Shown: piece after piece, positions 9,431 through 17,699 of the stretch
How positions within the stretch are numbered: the first letter of the stretch is position 1
Layout of the letters: each line of letters starts with the position of its first letter
Source: an uncultured delta proteobacterium
GTDB lineage: Bacteria > Desulfobacterota > Binatia > Binatales > Binataceae
DNA: 64,000 bases
Reading direction: 5' to 3'
NCBI GenBank assembly: GCA_963794325.1
Contig: CAWCDG010000004.1
Location: 928,001 to 992,000, forward strand
Program-made: the position numbers and the translations under genes
The notes under the pieces: generated by a model
Database searches by the model: none
What the model saw: the letters and a program-made list of their open reading frames with translations, nothing else
Told to the model about the DNA's origin: nothing

Positions 9431-10142
9431 CTAGTCGGGCCGTTTCGCAACAAAAATCTCGCGATCCCATTGGTCGGTCATCGTGCTCGGTTCGAATCCC
9501 GCCTCGCGCAACAAGCGCATCCAAACGTCGCGCGGAAACATGCCCTCGATGTGCCAATCGTGCACAACGCGAACATCGCCTTTGCGATCGCGCAGCAATA
9601 TCGCGAAGTCCGTTCGATACATCGTGTCGGTCGGATCAGGATCGACAGTCCACATGAGATAGCGAAGGCTGCGACCGTCGTTGCCGTCGTGTCCGCCGTG
9701 TGTGGTCTCCGCGACGAAGGTTTCCTGCACGCAATCCGGAACGAACAACGCGACTCCACCTGCGCGACAATGCCTATACGCGGTTCGCATCGTGGCCTGC
9801 AGGTCGGCCGCACTCGCCATGTACGCAGATCGCGTCGTGGATAAAAACGGCGTCGAACGTGCGCCCGAGATTCACCGTCCGCATGTCGCCTTCGCGATGC
9901 TCGCATTCGGGATTCAGCGCGCGGCTGACGGCGAGCATCTGCGGCGACAGATCGACCAGCGTCATCTCGAATTTCGATTTGAGATAAAGCGCATTGTTGC
10001 CGCCGCCCGATCCGAGCTCGAGCACCGTCCGCGGCGCGCACCCCTTTGTCAGCACCTCCGCAAAGAACGCCGCCTCCTCCGCATAGTCCTCAGGCGCCGA
10101 GAACAGCGGCCACCATTCGGCGAGTTCCTCGTATAACTTCAT
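9431..10142 (-). CDS. Class I SAM-dependent methyltransferase (frameshift near 9826)
   Basis: VLELGSGGG, VDLSPQML, GDMRTVNLGRTFDAVFIHDA; continues in ORF 9431-9820. Confidence 0.85.
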
Positions 10143-10150
10143 CGCGCGCC

Positions 10151-10750
10151 TCACTTCGTGGGCGCGGGCACTTCCTTCATGCGCGCCGTCGTGTCCGCGT
10201 CATACTCCAGATGCAGCGCGCGCACGATCATTCCGTGCATCCTCCACAGCCCGATCACGTAGAACAACTCCATGATCTGTTCGTCGGACAGATGACTCTT
10301 GAGCGCGGCGAAGGTCTCGTCTTCGACCAGATTGCGCCCGACGATTTCATCCGTCGCCTGCATCACCGCGCGCTCGACGTCGGTAAACTTGCCGCTGGTC
10401 GACCAGCCTTTTATCGCGGCCAGCTTATCCTCGGAAACGCCGACCATCCGGGCAACCTTCAGATGCTGTGAGTACTCGAACCGTGAGTCGCCGACAATTC
10501 CGGTGCGAAGAATTGCCAGCTCGCGCAATTTCGCCGGCAACTTCCGTCCCGGCTGCATCAATGCCATCAGCGAGGCGCGCGCCTGAAAGAGCAAATCAGG
10601 CACCAGCGCAAACGTCGTCCAGTAATCGCCGGGCGTGCCGGTGGCAGTGCCCGGATCGGCAACCGGATCGCGATCGCCGAAAAATTGCTTGTAGAGCTCC
10701 CGGATTTCCGGCGAAGCTTCAGCCTTGCTCACCTGCCGCAGTCGTCCCAT
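10151..10750 (-). CDS. Carboxymuconolactone decarboxylase/AhpD-like protein
   Basis: LRELAILRTG...FEYSQHLKVARMVG...QIMELFYVIG; AGGAG RBS before ATG 10750. Confidence 0.85.
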   Translation of the reverse strand: MGRLRQVSKAEASPEIRELYKQFFGDRDPVADPGTATGTPGDYWTTFALVPDLLFQARASLMALMQPGRKLPAKLRELAILRTGIVGDSRFEYSQHLKVARMVGVSEDKLAAIKGWSTSGKFTDVERAVMQATDEIVGRNLVEDETFAALKSHLSDEQIMELFYVIGLWRMHGMIVRALHLEYDADTTARMKEVPAPTK

Positions 10751-10849
10751 GTTCTGCTCCTTGGTTGGCGTTTCGGACAAAACCAATATCGCCGATGTCC
10801 CGCGCTCTTGCGAGGCTGCGCGCACGGCGCGATAATCCGATGCTCCGGT

Positions 10850-10927
10850 GGACGCATAGCTCAGCCCGGTTAGAGCGCTTGCCTCACATGCAAGAGGTCC
10901 CTGGTTCGAGTCCAGGTGCGTCCACCA
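10850..10927 (+). tRNA. tRNA-Val (anticodon CAC)
   Basis: Acceptor GGACGCA/TGCGTCC, D arm GCTC/GAGC, anticodon arm CTTGC-CTCACAT-GCAAG, T arm CCTGG-TTCGAGT-CCAGG, encoded CCA. Confidence 0.97.
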
Positions 10928-11055
10928 AATTAATTCCATCGGTTGGGGCGTTCCTTCCTGGAGGCTCGGCGCCGGTTGAAATTTCCCTGAAGTACTGTGA
11001 TCCTGCGAATCAGTTGTCGTCGCGTATTTTTGTATGAACGCCGCGAGGTGTCGAT

Positions 11056-11304
11056 ATGTTCGAAGACGAAACGATAGACATTGCCTGCCCGAAGTGCGGC
11101 TTCAAGAACTCATTGCTGGTGCGGGAAATCGAGCAGCACAGCGAATCTCATATCGTTTGCCAGGGATGCAAGGTCGGCGTGAAGGTCGAGGCCTCGGAGT
11201 TCCAGCATCGGCTGCACGAGATCGACGACGAGGTCGAAGCGATGCAGGCCGAAGCCCGGCAGGCGAAGGGCCCCAAGCCACGCAAAGGTGATTTTCAGAT
11301 CTGA
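11056..11304 (+). CDS. Small Zn-ribbon protein
   Basis: CPKC and CQGC pairs, GAGGTG RBS, helical C-terminus. Confidence 0.65.
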   Translation: MFEDETIDIACPKCGFKNSLLVREIEQHSESHIVCQGCKVGVKVEASEFQHRLHEIDDEVEAMQAEARQAKGPKPRKGDFQI

Positions 11305-11381
11305 GTCTTTGAGATAAGTCGCGAAAAATCGGCGCCTTCAGCTTGTCGCCTGATTTCAAAACCTGAAAGGAGATTTGCGCG

Positions 11382-11675
11382 ATGAACAAAACCAGGATAG
11401 CAGGAGCGATGCTCGCGACCGCAGTCGCGTTGGCATTCACCGGCAGCGTGGCACTTGCCGAGGATGCGCCGGGCGCGTCCGCCGCGACGCAAATCAAGTG
11501 CGTCGGCGGGAACGCGTGCAAAGGGCAGAGCGCATGCAAGACTGCGACTTCCGGGAGCGATTGCAAGGGAAAAAATTCCTGCAAGGGTAAAGGCTACGTC
11601 ATCACCGCCGACGCCAAATCGTGCGAAGCCGCGGGTGGTCACGTGGGCAAGAAAGCCCCGATGCCCGGGATGTAG
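11382..11675 (+). CDS. Exported six-Cys bufferin-type (BufA2-like) metal-binding peptide precursor
   Basis: Sec signal then KCVGGNACKGQSACKT...CKGKNSCKGKG...CEAAGG; AAGGAG RBS. Confidence 0.75.
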   Translation: MNKTRIAGAMLATAVALAFTGSVALAEDAPGASAATQIKCVGGNACKGQSACKTATSGSDCKGKNSCKGKGYVITADAKSCEAAGGHVGKKAPMPGM

Positions 11676-11686
11676 CTCTTTACCAC

Positions 11687-11998
11687 TTGCTCGCGAAGTT
11701 CTTGCGCACGAGTATCTACTCGACTGCGGCGATCCTTCTTACCTGGTCGCTTGTCGCGCTCGCGGCCGCCGACTTCGACGGCGTGATGATGCACAACGGA
11801 AAAATGGTGATGATGAAAGCGGGGCATGCCACCGGTGCTATGGATCACGAGACTACGCTGTCGGACGGCGCGATTGTCGAGCTCGACGGTACGGTGAAAT
11901 CAAAGGACGGCGGAACATTTCGCTTGCGAGACGGTGAAATTCTTATGATGGACGGGCATCTAATGAAAGGTGGCAAGGCTGTCCCGATGTGCCATTAG
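11687..11998 (+). CDS. Exported Met/His-rich small protein (DUF6799-like); start uncertain
   Basis: Signal-like N-terminus; DGVMMHNGKMVMMK...TLSDGAIVELDGTV...LRDGEILMMDG. Confidence 0.65.
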   Translation: MLAKFLRTSIYSTAAILLTWSLVALAAADFDGVMMHNGKMVMMKAGHATGAMDHETTLSDGAIVELDGTVKSKDGGTFRLRDGEILMMDGHLMKGGKAVPMCH

Positions 11999-12034
11999 GG
12001 AACTTCGACGCTCGCGGAACGGTTAAACACTAGG

Positions 12035-12784
12035 ATGGACGCGCGTCCGGAAAAGGTTCGAAAAGCCCCGAGAGTCACCACGCCGCTTCGAGTCTCGCCT
12101 CCATGGAGCGAATCTGCGGATTCACCGCGCGCGCTTCGACATAAGGCACGACGCGCGCAACCCGCCGCGATCCGGCTGGCGCATTGGATCAACATTCCGC
12201 TGATCCTCATTATGGCCGGCAGCGGGCTGCAGATTCTCTCCGCCTATCCAGCGCTCGGCCCGCGCGGCGCGCAATATAGCTGGTATCCATTCCAGAACGA
12301 CGCGCCACCATCGTGGTTGCGCTTCGGCGGATGGCTCGCGGGCGCGCGTCACTGGCATTTCGCGATCGCCTGGTTTCTGATTTTCAACGGCGTGATCTAC
12401 CTCGTCTATATGATCGCGAGCGGTGAATGGCGCCGGCGCGTTTTCATTCCGACTCGCGATACTTCCAACGCGCTCGCGATGTTCGCCTACTACGTGCGCA
12501 TTCGCAAAACTCCGCCGCCCGAGGATTTCTACAACGGCCTGCAACGCATGGCGTACACGTCCGCGATTCTGTTCGGCGTCGTCGTGGTCCTGTCGGGACT
12601 CGCGATTTACAAGCCGGTCCAGTTGTACTGGATCACCGCGATGTTCGGTGGCTACGACGTCGCGCGCGTCGTGCATCTGAGCTGCCTCGTCCTGCTGGCG
12701 GTGTTCACGGTGATGCACCTCGTACTCGTCGCGCTCCATCCGCGCACGATCGTCACGATGGTGACCGGAGGGCAGCGTGGCTAG
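12035..12784 (+). CDS. Cytochrome b/b6 domain membrane protein (partner of Mo-oxidoreductase)
   Basis: RLAHWIN, ARHWHFAIAW, YNGLQRMAY, ARVVH...HL heme-ligand histidines. Confidence 0.88.
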   Translation: MDARPEKVRKAPRVTTPLRVSPPWSESADSPRALRHKARRAQPAAIRLAHWINIPLILIMAGSGLQILSAYPALGPRGAQYSWYPFQNDAPPSWLRFGGWLAGARHWHFAIAWFLIFNGVIYLVYMIASGEWRRRVFIPTRDTSNALAMFAYYVRIRKTPPPEDFYNGLQRMAYTSAILFGVVVVLSGLAIYKPVQLYWITAMFGGYDVARVVHLSCLVLLAVFTVMHLVLVALHPRTIVTMVTGGQRG

Positions 12785-13469
12785 TTTGATCACGCGCCGA
12801 AAACTTCTGCTCGGGCTGGCGGCGAGCACTGCGCTTGCCGGATGCGACAGCCGTGCCGCGTCGAAGTTCCTCGCGGGCATGGGACGCTGGAACGAGCGCG
12901 TCGATCGTCTGCTATTCTCGGAGAAGCGACTCGCGCCCGAACCGCCCGCGTCCGAGCTCACGCCCGAGTCCGCGTTTCCGAGCTACTTCATCTCCGACTC
13001 GATGCCGTTTGCGCCGGACAATTGGTCGCTCAAGGTCGGCGGCATTGTCGCGCGGCCGTCGGTCTACTCGCTCGATCAGCTGAAGCGGATGCCGCAAACG
13101 GGAATGCGCGTTCGCCATCATTGCGTCGAGGGCTGGTCGGCGGTCGCCGAATGGCACGGCGTGCAATTGCGCGAGATCGCCAGGATGGTCGGCGCGAGCC
13201 GTGACGCGCAGTACGTCGAGTTCCGTTCATTCGACAAGGGCTACTACTCGACGTGGGATATCGAAAGCTCGCTTCATCCGCAGACGATTCTCGCGTATGG
13301 CATGAACGGACGCCCGCTGTATCCCGATCACGGCGCACCGCTTCGCCTCTACTCGCCGGTCAAGCTCGGCTATAAGTGCGTGAAGTACCTGACCGAGGTG
13401 AATTTCCTGCCGACGCGCGCCGGCGGTTACTGGGAAGACCAGGGCTACGACTGGTACGGCGGCGTTTAG
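12777..13469 (+). CDS. Sulfite-oxidase-family molybdopterin oxidoreductase (MsrP/YedY-like), Tat lipoprotein
   Basis: TRRKLL + LAGC signal; HHCVEGWS, HGAPLRL, KLGYKCVK, GGYWEDQGY. Confidence 0.9.
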   Translation: MASLITRRKLLLGLAASTALAGCDSRAASKFLAGMGRWNERVDRLLFSEKRLAPEPPASELTPESAFPSYFISDSMPFAPDNWSLKVGGIVARPSVYSLDQLKRMPQTGMRVRHHCVEGWSAVAEWHGVQLREIARMVGASRDAQYVEFRSFDKGYYSTWDIESSLHPQTILAYGMNGRPLYPDHGAPLRLYSPVKLGYKCVKYLTEVNFLPTRAGGYWEDQGYDWYGGV

Positions 13470-13502
13470 TATGACGTACGCGGAATTTTAAGGGAGAACG
13501 CG

Positions 13503-14270
13503 ATGCTGGAATATCGCAGCTTTGAAGAAATAATCGACCATCCGGGTTTGCGCATCGTGTTAGTCAAAGGCGTGCCCAGCCCGTGGGGCCAAGCCGCCAA
13601 GGCTATTTTTGAAATCAAGGGTCTCGAGTATGTCGCCGCACCATGGCTCGGGGGCGAACCCAACGAGCACATCGTGGCTTGGAGTGGTGCGACCAGCGCA
13701 CCGATCGTCGCCTGGGCCAAGGAAAAACCCGTCGATCGGTGGATCGACATCCTCTACCTGGCCGAACGGCTCGCGCCCAAGCCTAAGCTGATTCCCGCGG
13801 ACGCCACACAGCGAGCGCTGATGGTCGGTCTGTCGCACGAAATTTGCGGAGAAATGGGCATCGGCTGGAACCGGCGCCTACAGCTCTTTGCGCCCGCTTT
13901 CGCAGCCGGGAATCCACCCGCCGGAATCAGCCGGATGGGCGACAAATATGGATACAACGAAACTGACCTCAAAGCCGCCGGTGAACGCGTCGCGGCTTCT
14001 CTCAAGGCGCTCTCAACCCAACTCAAATCGCAGTATGCGCGGGGAGTGAAGTATTTTGTCGGCGACGCCTTGAGCGCACTCGACATTTACTGGACGGCTT
14101 TCGCTAATCTGCTCGACCCCTTGCCGCAAGAGCAGAACCCGATGTCCGAAGGTCTGCGACGAGGCTTCACGGCGAGCGATCCTGTTGTCAGGGCAGCGCT
14201 GGACCCGCTGCTGTTGGAACATCGCTCACGTATCTTTCGTGATCACTTTCGCGATCCAATGGAGCTGTAG
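13503..14270 (+). CDS. Glutathione S-transferase-like protein
   Basis: PSPWGQAAKAIFEIKGL N-terminal motif; YFVGDALSALDIYW C-terminal motif. Confidence 0.7.
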   Translation: MLEYRSFEEIIDHPGLRIVLVKGVPSPWGQAAKAIFEIKGLEYVAAPWLGGEPNEHIVAWSGATSAPIVAWAKEKPVDRWIDILYLAERLAPKPKLIPADATQRALMVGLSHEICGEMGIGWNRRLQLFAPAFAAGNPPAGISRMGDKYGYNETDLKAAGERVAASLKALSTQLKSQYARGVKYFVGDALSALDIYWTAFANLLDPLPQEQNPMSEGLRRGFTASDPVVRAALDPLLLEHRSRIFRDHFRDPMEL

Positions 14271-14283
14271 CGTTGGGCGGCGT

Positions 14284-15510
14284 TTAGTCGATCGCGAGGC
14301 TCGCGAACGACACCGCCGACTCGCTCTGCGGTTCCATCGCGATTCCATACTTGAGCAAGCGCGCACTGTGGCCGCGCAACAACTCGAGCTGCGTGTACAT
14401 CGGCGACAGGCCGCAGATTCGCCGCGCATCGCGATCCTTGAGGATGTCGGCGAAGAAGCCGTCAGGGTCGCCGCGCTTGATATTTTCGATCAGGCCGAGG
14501 TCCTCGCGTTGAACGCGATCGGCCACCGTTTTATCAGCCGCGAAATTGTCGCCGAATTTCTTGCCGACGTGCGCGAAATCCACGCCCGCCAGAATCAGCA
14601 CGCGACGATTCTCCGCGTCCAGCTCGGCTCTCAGTGCGGTGATGAACGATCCGACGCGCGAATCACGACCCGGTGTGACGCCGCTTGAGACCAACTCATG
14701 GAATGAGCTGACGAGGATCGGCACCACCTGGTAGCCGCGTATCCCGAGCGCATAAGCGAGAAACAAAGCCTGGAATTCAATCGAATGCTCGCCGCGATGC
14801 AGCATCTCGTCGGCGAACAAATCGCCCTCGTAGCGTGCCACGAGCCGATCGATAAACGCCGCGTCGGTCTCGATCGCGCCAAACGGCGTCGCGTAGTTCT
14901 TGCGCGTCGCGCTGAAAAGTTCGGGACCGGTGCCGTAGTGCGAGGTTCCAAGAATCACCACCAGCTCGGGCAGTTCGTGCGACATCAGCTCGTGGTACGC
15001 ATGCGCATAGGCGGCGGCGCCCCTGCGCGGATCTATATGAGGAGCAATCAAGCCCGCGAGCGATGCCGACTTTTTCTTCGTCGGAACACGGCCAGGTCCT
15101 TCGGGGGGATCGAAGAATGCCGCCAGCTCGAGGCGCAGTTTCGCCGGATCTTTCTCGTAGCAAAGACCCGCCAACGCCGCCGGACGATCGGGACTGGCGA
15201 GAAATTCCTCGCGCACCCGCCGCTCGCGCTCGTGAAATGCGGGCGAGTCGAGAAAGTACGCACGATCGAGCGCCGCGATCAGCTCGTCGAGCTTCTCCAA
15301 AGGAATCATCTCGCCGAAGCGCTTCGAAAACGCGAGCTGAATGTCTTTCAGCGACATCCGGCCGTCGAACAAAGTGACGATGAAGTACGCGCCCATCCCG
15401 AGCATGATAGCCTCGGGCGCGAGCCCGCTCGGATCGCGCAAGCAGATCAGCGTCTGATCGTTTTGCTCGACGGGAAAAGCCTCGACGGCGCGAATCTTTG
15501 GATTTTCCAT
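14284..15510 (-). CDS. amrB: AmmeMemoRadiSam system protein B (MEMO1 family) with N-terminal extension
   Basis: RPAALAGLCY, IAPHID, LGTSH, HRGEHSIEFQ, DFAHVG, ICG motifs. Confidence 0.88.
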   Translation of the reverse strand: MENPKIRAVEAFPVEQNDQTLICLRDPSGLAPEAIMLGMGAYFIVTLFDGRMSLKDIQLAFSKRFGEMIPLEKLDELIAALDRAYFLDSPAFHERERRVREEFLASPDRPAALAGLCYEKDPAKLRLELAAFFDPPEGPGRVPTKKKSASLAGLIAPHIDPRRGAAAYAHAYHELMSHELPELVVILGTSHYGTGPELFSATRKNYATPFGAIETDAAFIDRLVARYEGDLFADEMLHRGEHSIEFQALFLAYALGIRGYQVVPILVSSFHELVSSGVTPGRDSRVGSFITALRAELDAENRRVLILAGVDFAHVGKKFGDNFAADKTVADRVQREDLGLIENIKRGDPDGFFADILKDRDARRICGLSPMYTQLELLRGHSARLLKYGIAMEPQSESAVSFASLAID

Positions 15511-15589
15511 CGCGTTTACAGATGCTATGGGCTTTGACAAAATCCGGCAAGCGAACGAAATTCCGCGCGCGAAAATCCGCCAATAAAGA

Positions 15590-16021
15590 ATGTCCGACCA
15601 ACATCGACGCCGCGCTGCACTGACCGGATCGCGTTCGAGGCGCAAGGACGCGAGCGAGCGCGCCCGCTACAAAGTCGCGCGTACCGATTCGCTCAAACCG
15701 GGCGAGTCGCTGAAGTTCATGCTGCCGATTCGCGGTGCCAACGAGGAATGTTTTCTGATCAACTTCGGCGGCGAGTTCCATGCCTACGTAAATCGATGCC
15801 GGCATGTGCCGATGGCGATGGACTGGGTCGACAATCAATTTTTCGCGGAAGACGGCCAATACCTGATGTGCCAGACGCACAACGCATACTACGAGCCGGC
15901 GAGCGGCGAATGTATCGCGGGACCGCCGACTGCATGCGGAAAATATCTTTATCGAGTGCTGACCGAGGTCGCGGACGGAGTCATCTACGCGCGTCCGCCG
16001 CAGGAAGAATTCGAAGACTGA
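15590..16021 (+). CDS. Rieske [2Fe-2S] protein
   Basis: NRCRH ... CQTHNAYY...GECIAGP. Confidence 0.9.
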   Translation: MSDQHRRRAALTGSRSRRKDASERARYKVARTDSLKPGESLKFMLPIRGANEECFLINFGGEFHAYVNRCRHVPMAMDWVDNQFFAEDGQYLMCQTHNAYYEPASGECIAGPPTACGKYLYRVLTEVADGVIYARPPQEEFED

Positions 16022-16037
16022 GAGTGAGGACTACGGC

Positions 16038-16289
16038 CTATTCGTATTCGTCGCCGAAGTGGGCGCGCACGATTCGCGCTTTGAGGTACTCGAGCGTGCC
16101 GAGGTCCTCGACGATGTCGCCGCCGGTGTCGTAGAAGAACAGCTCGCCGTTCTTCGTGCGCCCGACCGCGATGATCCATTCGAGGTCGTCCCGGTCCTCA
16201 AGCAAATAATTAATCGTCTGCGCGACCCCGCGGCCCGGGATAATCGTAATCTTCGGCCTCGGGAGCTTTTCCTTTTCCTGCTTGGGCAT
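16038..16289 (-). CDS. Hypothetical protein (83 aa)
   Basis: Typical codon usage, GAGGG upstream of ATG 16289. Confidence 0.6.
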   Translation of the reverse strand: MPKQEKEKLPRPKITIIPGRGVAQTINYLLEDRDDLEWIIAVGRTKNGELFFYDTGGDIVEDLGTLEYLKARIVRAHFGDEYE

Positions 16290-16360
16290 CTTTTTGATCA
16301 ACCCTCTGGCGGGAGGATGCGGGAATCGACCACTCAATTACTCTAAGAATGCCCAGCGAT

Positions 16361-17611
16361 CTAAGTCAATAGCGCGTGCACCGCGATCTCCACATGATGC
16401 GTATTGGGGAAAAAATCGAACCCGCGCACGCGATTGATTTTGTATCCCGCGCCAGCTAGCAGGCGGAGATCGCGCGCGAGCGTGGTCACGTCGCACGATA
16501 CGTAAATGACGCTCGGCGCCCGCAGTTTGATGATCGGCTCCATCAGATCGAGCGCACCGGTGCGCGGCGGATCGAGGATGATGACCTCGGGACGATAGCG
16601 CGCGCGATGCAGAAAGTCCGCGGTCGCCGACGCCTTCATTGCGATGAATTGCGCGTCGCGGAACTTCAAGCGCGCCGCATTGCGCGAGGCCGCCGCGATC
16701 GCGCCCGCGTCGTCATCGACACCCGTCACGCGCGCACCGCGTCGCGATGCGGGCAGACTGAAGTTCCCCGCACCGCAAAACAAATCGAGCACCGCCGACG
16801 ATTCATGAATTGCCGCCATCTCCATCACGCTCGCGATCAGTTTCTCGTTCTGCGCGCGATTCACCTGGCTGAACAGATCGGCGTCGACGTCGATCGAAAG
16901 TCCGGGTTCCAGCTCGATCGAAATTGCAGGATCGCCAACCGTCTCGCGATGCGTTCCCGCTCGCAGCACGATTCCCGCGATCTCGTTGTCTGCTTCGAGC
17001 ACGTGGCGCGCGCGACGGATCTCCTCTTCGCTCGCCGGCTTTTTCAGATGTGCGACCTGCACTTCGCGCGCGCCGTCGCGCACCACCTCGATCTCTTCGA
17101 CGCGCTTGCCGAGCGATCGGGCCAGGTGCAACGGCATCCGGATGCCCGCCTCGGCGACCATGCATGAATCGATCTCGACGATCGTGTTGCTGCCCGCCTC
17201 GTAAAATCCAAGCACGCCTTTCGCGCCGACCCTGAGCCGGATTCTCGCTCGATAACCGAACTCGGCCGGCGCCGGCTCGACGAGTCCAACTGGATCGATC
17301 TCGACGCCGAGCGCATGGCTCAACTCGCGCGCGATGACCTCGCCCTTGAAACGCACCTGCGCGCCATAGTCGATATGCTGCCAGTCGCATCCGCCGCATC
17401 GCGGCAGATACTGACACGGCGCGACGCGACGCTCGGCGCTTGCGCTGACGATCTCGCGAATCTTCGCGACGGCATAATCGCGACGCTCCGAAACTATCTC
17501 GACCACCAGCCTGTCACCCGCCACCGCGCCGGGAACCATCACGGCCTTGCCATCCTGACGGCCGACCCCGAACGGGCCGAAGGTCATCGCGCTGATCTCA
17601 ATTTCCGGCAT
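16361..17611 (-). CDS. rlmD: TRAM-domain RNA (uracil-5)-methyltransferase, RlmD/TrmA family
   Basis: N-terminal TRAM; C-x5-CGGC cluster; LDLFCGAG, DPPRTG, YVSC, FFPNTHHVE. Confidence 0.85.
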   Translation of the reverse strand: MPEIEISAMTFGPFGVGRQDGKAVMVPGAVAGDRLVVEIVSERRDYAVAKIREIVSASAERRVAPCQYLPRCGGCDWQHIDYGAQVRFKGEVIARELSHALGVEIDPVGLVEPAPAEFGYRARIRLRVGAKGVLGFYEAGSNTIVEIDSCMVAEAGIRMPLHLARSLGKRVEEIEVVRDGAREVQVAHLKKPASEEEIRRARHVLEADNEIAGIVLRAGTHRETVGDPAISIELEPGLSIDVDADLFSQVNRAQNEKLIASVMEMAAIHESSAVLDLFCGAGNFSLPASRRGARVTGVDDDAGAIAAASRNAARLKFRDAQFIAMKASATADFLHRARYRPEVIILDPPRTGALDLMEPIIKLRAPSVIYVSCDVTTLARDLRLLAGAGYKINRVRGFDFFPNTHHVEIAVHALLT

Positions 17612-17699
17612 GCGCGCCCAAGTTTATTCCCCCTACGCAAGAAGCGCGACGCGCCCTATAATTGTTGGGCGCGCCCGCGCCATTCCACGACCTCACCCG

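Noticed and set aside
10927-14270. Genomic island integrated at tRNA-Val
   Set aside because: No integrase and no duplicated tRNA 3' end seen in the window
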